NCBI RefSeq assembly: GCF_001194135.2
Contig: NC_069000.1
Span: 42,368,337 to 42,403,854, forward strand
Direction: 5' to 3'
DNA length: 35,518 nucleotides
DNA from: Octopus bimaculoides
Taxonomy: Eukaryota
The translations under genes were made by a program, and so were the position numbers. The notes under the pieces are model-generated. The model was given only the letters and a program-made list of their open reading frames with translations. It did no database searches and was not told where the DNA came from. This document shows, piece after piece, positions 11,948 to 22,082 of the stretch. Every line of letters starts with the position of its first letter. Position 1 is the first letter of the stretch.

Positions 11948-12154
11948 AGTACAGTGTGTAAAACCCGACAAACTGCTTCTCCCTCTTTTGTTAGGCTACC
12001 ATGATGTTTATTTAAAAAAAGAGAGTTTGTGACTGTGATAAAATAATGAAACCAATACTTACTAAGCAGTTGAGCACTATATTCAAAGAGATAATTAGAC
12101 GTAAAATATAAAAATTATTAGAATTAAGAATCAAATGTGAAAATATTATCAAGG

Positions 12155-12575
12155 GGCGCAGACGTGGCTGTGTGGTGAGTAGCTTGCTTACCAACCACAT
12201 GGTTCCGGGTTCAGTCCCACTGCGTGGCACCTTGGGCAAGTGTCTTCTGCTATAGCCTCGGGTCGACCAAAGCCTTGTGAGTGGATTTGGTAGACGGAAA
12301 CTGAAAGGAGCCTGTCGTATATATGTATATGTGTGTGTATGTATGTATGTATGTGTGTGTGTGTGTGTGTGTGTTTGTGTGTCTGTGTTTGTACCCCCAA
12401 CATCGCTTGACAACCGATGGTAGTGTGTTTACGTCACCGTAACTTAGCGGTTCGGCAAAAAAGACGGATATAATAAGTACTAGGCTTACAAAGAATAAGT
12501 CCTGGGGTCAATTTGCTCGACTAAAGGCAGTGCTCCAGCATGGCCGCAGTCAAATGACTGAAACAAACAAAAGAG
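12155..12575 (+). mobile_element. Full-length family A SINE (left arm, internal microsatellite, right arm)
   Basis: tRNA-like head, CORE-like motif, internal (TA/TG)n, and a 3' arm ending CAGTCAAATGACTGAAACAAACAAAAG. The 3' arm recurs on - at 29985-30195. Confidence 0.9.
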
Positions 12576-12622
12576 AGTAGGGCTAGTAGAAAACCACCCG
12601 GTGGGCGGACTTTCTGCTAGTA

Positions 12623-12872
12623 TTGGGTTGGTGCCTAATTATTGCGGCTTTATTTTGTTTCAACAAATTTTATTCAACAAAAACAATAGCAACATGTAAC
12701 AAAAACATCTTTAAATGATTATTCCGGAGCATATTCGCCATCTACTTCAATTACTGCTTCCCACTTGCTTGGCAGACGGTCAGACCATCATTCAAACATG
12801 TTTTAGGTAAATATTGTTATTGTTGAATGAAATTTGTTGAAAAAAAGCCGCAATAATTATGCACCAACCCAA
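12623..12872. mobile_element. Tc1/mariner MITE (250 bp)
   Basis: TA on both flanks and ~65-bp imperfect TIRs starting TTGGGTTGGTGC(C/A)TAATTATTGCGGCTTT, resembling Hsmar1/MADE1 ends. Confidence 0.9.
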
Positions 12873-12938
12873 TATATATAAATGTATGTATGTATGTATG
12901 CATGTATGCATGTGTGTACACGTACACACACACATATA

Positions 12939-13008
12939 TACGACGGGCTTATTTTCAGTTTCCGTCTACCAAATCCTTCGCAAGACTGGTCGGTATGAGG
13001 CTATAGTG
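12939..13008 (-). mobile_element. Family A SINE fragment
   Basis: CGACGGGCTT..TTTCAGTTTCCGTCTACCAAATCC; the copy runs into a gap. Confidence 0.8.
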
Positions 13009-13019
13009 GNNNNNNNNNN

Positions 13020-13056
<37 letters not shown>

Positions 13057-13483
13057 TATCCATCCACACACACACACACACACACATGCATGTAATTAGA
13101 GGTAAGCAGGCATACATTAGCACGCACAGCCGCTAATTGTATACGCATACATTTGCAGATGTTCGGTACATTTGCACCTCATTCACATTCACAGCGTACA
13201 AGTGTACCGAAAGTGTGCTCGTGCGTGCGTGTGTGTTGATTATGTATATTCAGATCCTTTCCTGTCCCGGTTGCGTAATTAAAGAAAAAAAAACAACTAA
13301 GGTCTCCCTGACCTAGTCTCCTGCAGCAAAAAAGTCTTGATGCTACGAGTCTGAACGAAAGATCGAACAAGGTCCACGTTCAGTTCTAATCCAGTTGATA
13401 ATAACCGGTACTCCGTCGGTTACGACAGTGAGTATTCCAGTTAGATATACGTTAAGTGTTCTAGTTAGTCTGCGTGGAGGCGC

Positions 13484-14573
13484 AATGGCCCAGTGGTTAG
13501 GGCAGCGGACTCGCGGTTTCGTTGTGAGTGTTTATTGAGCGAAAACACCTAAAAGCTTCACGGCAGGGGATGGTGGCGAACCCTGCTGTACTCTTCCACC
13601 ACAACTTTCTCTCCCTCTTACTTCCTGTTTCTGTTGTGCCTGTAATTCAAAGGGTCAGCCTTGTCACACTGTGTCATGCTGAATATCCCCGAGAACTACG
13701 TTAGGGGTACACGTGTCTGTGGAGTGCTCAGCCACTTGCATGTTAATTTCACGAGCAGGCTGTTCGGCACTATCATGNNNNNNNNNNNNNNNNNNNNNNN
13801 NNNNNNNNNNNNNNNNNNNNNNNNNNNNNNNNNNNNNNNNNNNNNNNNNNNNNNNNNNNNNNNNNNNNNNNNNNNNNNNNNNNNNNNNNNNNNNNNNNNN
13901 NNNNNNNNNNNNNNNNNNNNNNNNNNNNNNNNNNNNNNNNNNNNNNNNNNNNNNNNNNNNNNNNNNNNNNNNNNNNNNNNNNNNNNNNNNNNNNNNNNNN
14001 NNNNNNNNNNNNNNNNNNNNNNNNNNNNNNNNNNNNNNNNNNNNNNNNNNNNNNNNNNNNNNNNNNNNNNNNNNNNNNNNNNNNNNNNNNNNNNNNNNNN
14101 NNNNNNNNNNNNNNNNNNNNNNNNNNNNNNNNNNNNNNNNNNNNNNNNNNNNNNNNNNNNNGTCCATCCTATTATTTTAAAACTTCAAACTTCATTTGTT
14201 TTCTATTTTGATAAATTCTCTCTGTTGAAAATTATATTTTTATATTTTAAATAATTTGCAATTTCAGGAAATATGTTTTTATATTAAATTTGTGTTTTCT
14301 ACTCACGACTAGCTAGCGCGGACGCGCGAACTTTCGAGTAATAGATAGATAGATAGAGAGAGAGACAGACAGACATATAGCTCACTCCGGCCAGTCATGG
14401 TATTAGCTGTCAGTAGCCAAAGAATCGACAGGCCAGCAACAGGCATGCAGGCAGACAGACAGATACTTCACTAGCAGGCAGTGAGCACTTTCACTTCTGA
14501 CAGCTAATAGCATGATAGTGCCGGCTGTTCCGTTGATCGGATCAACTGGAACCCTCGACGTCGAAAGCGACTG
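13484..14573 (+). mobile_element. tRNA-derived SINE (family B) split by a DNA-transposon insertion
   Basis: Head GGAGGCGCAATGGCCCAGTGGTTAGGGCAGCGG. The body stops at 13765 and resumes at 14523. The uninterrupted junction is confirmed by the - copy at 14575-14860. Confidence 0.85.
13766..14522. mobile_element. Non-autonomous DNA transposon, GG...CC ends, 8-bp TSD (Merlin-like)
   Basis: TIR GGCACTATCATG/CATGATAGTGCC. Perfect TSD GGCTGTTC at 13758-13765 and 14523-14530. The interior is partly N. Confidence 0.85.
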
Positions 14574-14574
14574 T

Positions 14575-14860
14575 AGTTATTCTGACCAACGGAACAGCCT
14601 GCTCGTGAAATTAACGTGCAAGTGGCTGAGTACTCCACAGACACGCGTACCCTTGACGTAGCTCTCAGAGTGATTCAGTGAGATACAGAATGTGACATGG
14701 CTGGCCTCTTTGGAATAACAGGTACAATTCATTTTTGCCCAGCTGAGCGGACTGGATCAACGTAAAATAAAGTGTCTTGAGCAAGGACACAATACGCTAC
14801 CAACAATCGAAATCACGACCTTGCGATCGCAAACCCGAATACCCTGGGAAGCTAGCCACA
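14575..14860 (-). mobile_element. Family B-related SINE
   Basis: Reverse complement of the body at 13650-13765, with a tRNA-like head and GTGTCCTTGCTCAAGACACTT. Confidence 0.8.
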
Positions 14861-15047
14861 AATAGCTGATTCCTCCAAAACAATAATGATGATACAAGCG
14901 GAAGGAAAGCTGCTGGTTAAAAATGTAAACAAACGTGACACGAGACCCAAACTAATTTACTTAATCATAGCAAGCTGCTTAAGTGTTTGCACGTGTGTGC
15001 GTATGTGTGTGTGTGTGCGAGCGCGCGCGTGTGTGTGTGTATGTATG

Positions 15048-15712
15048 GGCATACCTACAGAATTGTGCCCCGCCCGACTTCGCTTCTTCACAACTTCCAG
15101 AAAAATATCCATTTTTTAATGAAATTTTCTACAATTTTGCTTCAAATGATGCACATTCCCATTATATCGAAATTCGTTGTAAAAACATTTTTTCCGAGTG
15201 TGAGGAGAGGGGGTTCGGAAAATTCACGCGAACCGGATTATTTTTTTCCTCATAACTTTCAGAAAAATGGGTATTTTTTTGAATGAAATTTTGTATAAAT
15301 ACCTTTGAGATGGTGTATATTATGATTCTATGGGAATTTGGTATGAAAAAGAAATTGGTGGACAAGCACATATACACACTGACACACATGACAAAATGGA
15401 ACATGAAATTTCGAAAGAAAAATTGTGATATGAGTTAGTATGTATGTTTGCGAGCCTACCAGTTTTTTTGGTTCATATTTAAATTCCGATATAACGGAAA
15501 ATTTCGGAACGGTATTTGCTGAAAATTTCATTACAAAATTACCCATTTTTTCTAAATTCGTGAATTTTCAGAAACTTCCTCCCCATGATCGGAACAAATG
15601 GTTTCATAACAAAATCCGATCTAATTAGAATCTACACTATCTGAAAAAAAAAAAATTCATTAAAAAACATCCATGATGCAAAATTGATGGGGCACATTGA
15701 TGTAGTTATGCC
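15048..15712. mobile_element. Second GG-ended, 8-bp-TSD non-autonomous element (Merlin-like)
   Basis: Imperfect 24-bp TIRs GGCATACCTACAGAATTGTGCCCC / GGGGCACATTGATGTAGTTATGCC. Flanks are TATGTATG and TATATATG (7/8 match). Confidence 0.65.
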
Positions 15713-15996
15713 TATATATGACTGGGTGACTGTAATGTGTATGTATGTAGGTATAGATCTGCGTGTATTTATCTGTGTGTATGTTTGTGTGTGCTTGCTT
15801 ATGTGTGCATGCATGTAAGTGTGTACCTCTATGTGTAGATATGTGTAAGTATATATATCATCTAAAAGCGAGTATATATTTTTGTGTCTACGTGCATGTA
15901 TGCATAATGTAATAATTATGTAATAAAAATGGGGCAAAGGTAAAGAATATGCACACCCGGTATTTAGGGTTAGGGTTTAGGGTTAGGATTAAGGTT

Positions 15997-16493
15997 GGAT
16001 CTTTTTTAAAACGGGGGCCACATTTTTCATTAACGAAACACTTTGAAACTTGGAACACTGGTAGAATGTGTCATATAAAACATCTTTTTCTCTTAGTCTT
16101 CTTAAAAAAAAAAGAAATCCATAAATTATTCCATGTTAAAGTTGTCGTATTTCTGTAATTTCAACCAATCACTGACGTCCATTCAGCCGATATACATTAA
16201 GTGCCGACTACATAAACAAACGATTCTGAAACAATTAACCCTAACCCTAGGGTTAGGGTTAGGGTTAGGGTTAAAGCAAATTNNNNNNNNNNAAACAACT
16301 GAATACTTGTCAGTGATTGGTTGAAATTATCGAAATAAGACAATTTTTTACATGAAATAAATTCGAATACAAAAATATTTTTCTGTTCTATAACACAAAA
16401 TAGATAAGTATACGAAGTTTAAAAGTCTTTCGCTACCAAAAACACTACGTAAAACATTAATGAAAAATGTGGCCCCCGTTTTAAAAAAGATCC
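15997..16493. mobile_element. Third GG-ended, 8-bp-TSD element (Merlin-like) carrying telomeric repeats
   Basis: Perfect 37-bp TIRs GGATCTTTTTTAAAACGGGGGCCACATTTTTCATTAA. Perfect TSD TTAAGGTT at 15989-15996 and 16494-16501. Confidence 0.9.
16236..16273. repeat. Interstitial (CCCTAA)n-(TTAGGG)n palindrome; G-quadruplex-capable
   Basis: TAACCCTAACCCTAGGGTTAGGGTTAGGGTTAGGGTTA; 16249-16270 is AGGG(TTAGGG)3. Confidence 0.9.
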
Positions 16494-16574
16494 TTAAGGT
16501 TTAGGATTAGGATTAAGGTTTAGGGTTACGCCAAAAACGGGTGGCAGGCGTATTTTTATCGCCGCTAAAAATGG

Positions 16575-16858
16575 TACTCTGTCGGTAACAACGACGAATG
16601 TTCGAGTTCCTCTCAATCGAATAGCGCCCTCGTGAAATTAACGTACAAGGGGCTGAGTAATCCACACACACACACGCACACCCTTAGTATACTTCTCGGG
16701 GCGATTCAGCGTGACACACAACGCGACAAGGCTGGCCCCTTTGAATTACTGGTACAACTCATTTTTGCTAGCTAGGTGGGCTGCAGCAACGTGAAATAAA
16801 GTAGCACGCCACCAGGAATCGAACTCACGACCGTGAGACGAATACCCTTAACCCACGA
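16575..16858 (-). mobile_element. Family B-related SINE
   Basis: Homologous to 14575-14860 (CTCGTGAAATTAACG..., GGAATCGAACTCACGACC). Confidence 0.75.
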
Positions 16859-16882
16859 TGTATGTGTATGTATGCTTGAATT

Positions 16883-16914
<32 letters not shown>

Positions 16915-17099
16915 CGTACGTACGTATGTATATATATATATATGTATGTATGTATATACGAACGTATGTATAAACAATTATAAAGACAAGTGCGTTCGCA
17001 CCGATCTGATTCCCACCCAGCAACACAAGCAAATTTAATTCCTCAAAACGTTAACCTTAAACACTTTCGGAAAAGTTTTTTTATTAATTTTTATATTTA

Positions 17100-17260
17100 T
17101 TTATAGAACTCGGAACTCGGGTCAATCACGTGATAACAACGTGTGGCGGGTTAAACAAGTAGCAGCTGCGCATGCGTCACCTTCTAAACGTAAACAACAT
17201 TGTTGTGGCTGCGCCCAACTGTTATGTACATTTCGTTTCGTCCTCTACTCTGAACGAATC
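17100..17260 (+). promoter_or_regulatory. Probable proximal promoter of the FAM210B-like gene
   Basis: CpG-enriched unique sequence upstream of the ATG, with E-box TCACGTGA (17126-17133), NRF1-like TGCGCATGCG (17167-17176) and Fox-type GTAAACAA (17190-17197). Confidence 0.5.
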
Positions 17261-17370
17261 TGATCGAACCCAGACTAAACTGCAAATATTTTAAGACTTT
17301 CACATTGATTTACTAATAGTCCCACTCGTATTTTATATTTTGTTATTGTGGATTTAACACGGAATAGACC

Positions 17371-18481
17371 ATGTTGCAGATGAACCGTTTGGTGCTTCAG
17401 TATCAGAACTGTTGCCATTTATCGCTTTTCAGTGCGAGCCATTACTCTTCTCGAATTACATATAAGCCTACTGCTTCTCTAATTTCTTCGACTGGACATG
17501 ATCAGAGTGGTTTCGGGACTCTGATGCCCTCAGCTCGATCGTTCTCATCGAAGACCGATCAACCGGATAACCACGATAGCAAAACCGGCCCCGTCGAACG
17601 AAAACAACAGTCGAACGACTATCGTAACAAGCATGGGTCCCATGATCGAGCCGACTTGCTAGGACGTCCATTCGCTAATCGTGACATCGATAATAGATGG
17701 CAAGGTTTACTGCACGACCGTAAACAATCCAACGACTCCACCATGGGCTTTCCATCCTATTCGGGCCCGGTTGTGAGCCTACACTCTGCTATGCAATCTA
17801 ATGTGCCGAAACCTTACTTTCCGAATGACAGATCTTCGTTCCCAACTCATAATAATATGCCTGGTGGAGGAGTAAAGGCCCAGCAAAAGTTTCTCTACGG
17901 TGGTTTGCACAGCACTCACCCGAGCAACCAGAAGAGAGAAGAGAGCTACCCGGTTAAATTCGCCGTCCCTGTCCATGCAACAACCGAAGCGGAAACACAC
18001 AACCAACCAGTTTCTATTGAGTATCAGGAAACGAAACAAAACGGGTTCGATACCGATAACCGAAATCAGACCGTATACGAAAACGGAGAAGAAAGCGATA
18101 TGAGTGTGTCTCATATTCAAGCCAGTGCCTCGACACCCTCAAATGCTTCCCAGATATATGCTAGTAGTATTAATAAGCAAGGTACCCTAGATAGTCTTCA
18201 GAATACCCATTTTACCAGATATTTTAGCCACGGTAGCACGCTGGCTCCACAACCAGAGGTCACCTATGTTTCACCGTGCCCTCAAGGAATTCAAGGTAAC
18301 GATTGCGTTTACTTCCAACAGTGGATGGAAAGCTGCCTCAGATACGGCTTAACCAACTGTGAAGAACAGCTGGAGAATTTAAAGTCCGGTCGGAAAACAT
18401 TACAGCAGGTACTTGATGAACAACAGAAAATTATCGAAGAAGCTGCTTTAAATATGAAAAGCAAGACATCATTGAACGGGG
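17371..18481 (+). CDS. First coding exon (~370 codons) of a predicted mitochondrial protein; probably the N-terminal part of the FAM210B-like gene
   Basis: Long non-repetitive ORF. ATG in ACCATG context. N-terminus is Ser/Arg/Leu-rich with RSF|SS at 17536-17550. GT donor at 18482 (ACGGGG|GTAAAT, phase 1), after which the frame turns T-rich and intron-like. The link to the downstream exon is inferred from strand and phase. Confidence 0.75.
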
Positions 18482-18684
18482 GTAAATTTATTCTATTTCC
18501 TTTTTGCTTTATCGCACATATTTGCTTCACTTTTTACGGGTATATTTGTATTTTAACTGCGAGAATTAAAACCTGTCAGAGAACGATTTTAAAATATTCG
18601 AATTGTCCACATAGTTTTGTTTCGGATTAAGATTAATGATGTAAAGAACAAAAAATTTATTCTAAAATAGCATCTTTTCTTTAT

Positions 18685-19375
18685 TGTTTAGCATCGTCCC
18701 GGGTCAGCTTTGATCGAGCAGACTTATGATTAAAGACATTTTAGTTTATTGGACTAAATTTTGAACCAGATTACATAACCTAATGTGTCCTTTTTCTATT
18801 TATGACAGAATGGTATGTGATATGTGAAAGATTTGACTGCTGTTTCTTATAGGTCGAACCCCCATGTTGAAACTCTCTTTGACTTTTCTTTCTAACAGGT
18901 CGAGCTGACAACTAAATGTTGTCCTTGTTAGATTTTGAAATAGCACGAAATAACGAGAGATGCTAGCCGTCTGCTGTAAACTAGGGTTGGGGGTAGAAAG
19001 ATCTGAAACTCGTAAAAGAACAATGATACACTGCTAATAGGTACATGATGTAAAATTTTGAAGTCGGGTAACAGTCATTATATCGATTCCAGTACTCAAG
19101 TGGTACTTGCTCTATCGATCTAGAAGGGGTGAAAGGTAACGGCGACTTCAGTGACCTTTGAACTCTGAACGTAAAAATAATAATTCTTTTTAATTTTGGC
19201 TCAGTGCCAGCGGTTTTGAGCGGAAGGGACAAATCAATTACATCGACCCCAGTACTTGACTGGTACTTTATCGACCACGAAAGAATGAAATGCAAAGTCG
19301 ACCTCGGTAGGATATGAACTCGGAACATTAAAAACCGCCCAAATATCGCCAAGTATTTGGTACGAGGTTCTGTTT
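18685..19375 (-). mobile_element. Degenerate SINE copies (family E pieces, then two tandem family D copies)
   Basis: Similar to 25215-25390 (family E) and to 21487-22635 (family D). Confidence 0.6.
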
Positions 19376-19870
19376 TAATGTGTTAATTTATTTTAGCCTT
19401 ATAATAACAAATAACAAGGCTTGAATTTTGGTCGGGTTGGAAATGGCAGATTAAAACGACTCCAGTGCTTGACTGCTTTTACTTATTTTTGTTTTTTATA
19501 AACAAAATCTAAAAGAAATTCGAAGTTTCGAAAACTTGGCAATAACAGTTGACCGAATTATTTGCATGATTACAGAAATGTGTGTCCGCCCTCCACCGCC
19601 GACTGTGTTGTTCTCCATCGGACTGTAGGTGGAATTATACGAAAGTTTTCAAAAAATATAAAGGTTTTTATTATAAATATTATTGGCTATCCTTCATTTT
19701 GAGTCATATTATTTACTGCTTTTCCCCCCCAATATAATCGTAACCAACATCAGTGAAAATGTATTTCTGGAAATTTTCATCTAAAGAATATGCATTAAAA
19801 ATGCATCATGAAGAGGTGGGGAAATGTCGAAGAGGTGGGCATGTTTATGTTATTATACTGGATTGTTTAT

Positions 19871-20050
19871 AAGGCGGCGAGCTGTCAGAAACGTTAGCAC
19901 GCCGGGCGAAATGCTCCAGTCTGATCTGGCAAGGGTTCTACAGTTGGATCCCCTTCCTAATGCCAACCACTCCGAGTGTGTAGTGGGCACTTTTCATGTG
20001 CCGGCGGCACTGGCATCGGCTACGTTCGGACAGTGCTTTTTACGTGCTGT
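19871..20050. mobile_element. Family D SINE head (+) joined to RTE 3'-UTR fragment (-)
   Basis: AAGGCGGCGAGCTGTCAGAAACGTTAGCACGCCGGGCGAAATGCT, then CCAGTCTGATCTGGCAAGGGTTCTACAG..., which is shared with 26288 and 31499. Confidence 0.7.
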
Positions 20051-20420
20051 CAGTCGGGACGAGGGAGGCCCCAGCCTGGCCACACTTTAATGACTGATAC
20101 AGAAGTAACAGTTTCAAAAGATACGTAATTCATTGGCAAAAGTTTTTGGTTCTCACAAGTGTAAATGCAAATGCTCCCTAAATATGTTATAAGTATACAA
20201 AAACTTCGGTAAATACCATTTTTATTCCTTCCATGCCTTTTTTTAACCCTTTTCTTCTCTGCATGATATTTTCATTAATTCTTTTTCTATGCCTATAATT
20301 CATTAACTAAAAGAAGGAAGTTGTTAAATATGATGGGATGATTAATAACATGATATCATTTGTATGAAATATACCACGTGATGTACCTTATACGTTATAC
20401 ATGCACGTGATATATGCCAG

Positions 20421-20459
<39 letters not shown>

Positions 20460-20547
20460 GAGAATATACAAATAATAACAACAGACGAGGACAGGTGGTG
20501 TAAATAACAAAAGTATATATTAGTATGACGCTCGGGAATACGGAAAG

Positions 20548-20584
20548 TCTTTGACGTTTCGAGCTACGCTCTTCAACAGAAAGA
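20548..20584 (-). ncRNA. Minimal type I hammerhead ribozyme motif (Penelope-like element end)
   Basis: The minus strand reads TCTTT CTGTTGA A GAGC-GTA-GCTC GAA ACGT C AAAGA. This gives a 5-bp stem I, a core with A6>U, a 4-bp stem II and a palindromic ACGT stem III. Confidence 0.6.
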
Positions 20585-20959
20585 ATACGGAGACAAGGAG
20601 AAAAACACGGAGAAATAAACTGCAACAATATTTATACACATAGACAAACACCTGCTATACTCTCAGGCTAATGACACTGCATGCTCATGTTTGCAAGTGC
20701 ACAAAATATATGCAAGCCTTTATATGAATGCACATTAACACAAGCGCCAGTGCATGATAAAGATTTTTAACATAGGCACAAGGATGCTAACATATTGTTG
20801 GAAAGGGTAGAGACAATTTTATCAACCCCCTCTATTTGATTTGTGCTATATTTTTATTGACCCCAGAACAATGAAAGATAAAGTCAACTGAGATAGAAAT
20901 AGAACCCATAACAAAAGTGTGTACAGTAATCCCTCACCATATCGTGGTTTATTATTTAA

Positions 20960-21163
20960 CCCTTTCGTTACCAACCCGGCTGAAACTGGCTCTGAGTACA
21001 AATGTCTTGTTTTCATAAGTTTTTGAATTAAAATCTTAGTCACAATTTATGTTCCTAACACCAGCTTAATGATAACTAAGTTATATTACTAAATTTTTTG
21101 TCATATTTAAAATTAATTGAAAGAAACACAGAGCATCTCAACAGAAATATGGTAACAAAAGGA
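20960..21163. mobile_element. piggyBac-type MITE, copy 1
   Basis: TTAA flanks at 20956-20959 and 21164-21167; TIR CCCTTTCGTTACCA / TGGTAACAAAAGGA. Confidence 0.85.
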
Positions 21164-21194
21164 TTAAAATATATAATAGAGAAATAATTCTTAA

Positions 21195-21412
21195 TCCTTT
21201 TGATACCAACCTGTCTGAAACCGATTCTGGCTCTGTTATATAAATGTCTTGTTTTCAAAAGTTCTGAATTAAAATCTTCCACCAAACCTTAGTCACAATT
21301 TATGTTCCTAACACTATCATTATAACTAAGTTATTTTACTAAATTCCTTGTTGTATTTAAAGTAATTGAAAGAAACACAGAGCATCTCAAAGTAAATTTA
21401 GTAATGAAAGGG
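21195..21412. mobile_element. piggyBac-type MITE, copy 2
   Basis: TTAA flanks at 21191-21194 and 21413-21416; the interior is homologous to copy 1. Confidence 0.85.
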
Positions 21413-21486
21413 TTAAAGTGAGTTCTTTTGTGCCGTAAACCATTTACCATTTCTTTGGTGTCCCCTCTTTCCCTTGATGCCCTAAG

Positions 21487-21822
21487 CACATACTTATTTT
21501 GCTTAACGGTTAATCCAGCGCTGCTCAAAACGATGAAAGCTAAAACTCACCCCGACCAGATTTGGACTCAGATCATAAAGAACAGTGTTTTGTTCAACAC
21601 TCCAAGGATTCTGCCAGCTTGTTGCTTTTTCATAATAATAAAAATCCTTTCTACTATAGGCACAAGGGCTAGTTGATTATATCGACCCCAGTGTCATGAC
21701 CCTCAAAGGCTGAAAGGTGAAGTCGGCACCAGTGAAATTTGAACTCAAACTTAAGCTGGACAAAATGCCACTAAGTAATTTTTGCGGCATGCTAACAATT
21801 CCACCAGCTCACCACATTGATG

Positions 21823-21857
<35 letters not shown>

Positions 21858-22033
21858 GATAATCCTTTCTACTAAAAGCACAAGGCCTGAAATTTGGTGG
21901 CTGGGAGGTAGTTGATTACATCAACCCTGGTGTGCAACTGGTACTTATTTCATCAACCCTGAAAGGATGAAAGGCGAAGTTGACCTCAGCAGAATTTGAA
22001 CTCAGAACATAAAGATTCTGCCAGCTTACTGCC

Positions 22034-22082
<49 letters not shown>

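Noticed and set aside
12155-12230. tRNA genes at SINE heads (also 10304 and 13484)
   Set aside because: Only A/B-box remnants with no complete cloverleaf, and each continues into a SINE body.
16236-16273. Ancient telomere fusion site
   Set aside because: The orientation is (CCCTAA)n then (TTAGGG)n, opposite to an end-to-end fusion, and it lies inside a TSD-flanked element.
17468-18530. Overlapping and antisense ORFs (17468-17671, 17779-18120, 17900-18103, 18309-18530)
   Set aside because: They are shadow frames of the real exon.
18482-18630. C-terminal 49 aa of the 419-aa ORF
   Set aside because: Read-through into T-rich intron after a good GT donor. Intron retention cannot be excluded.
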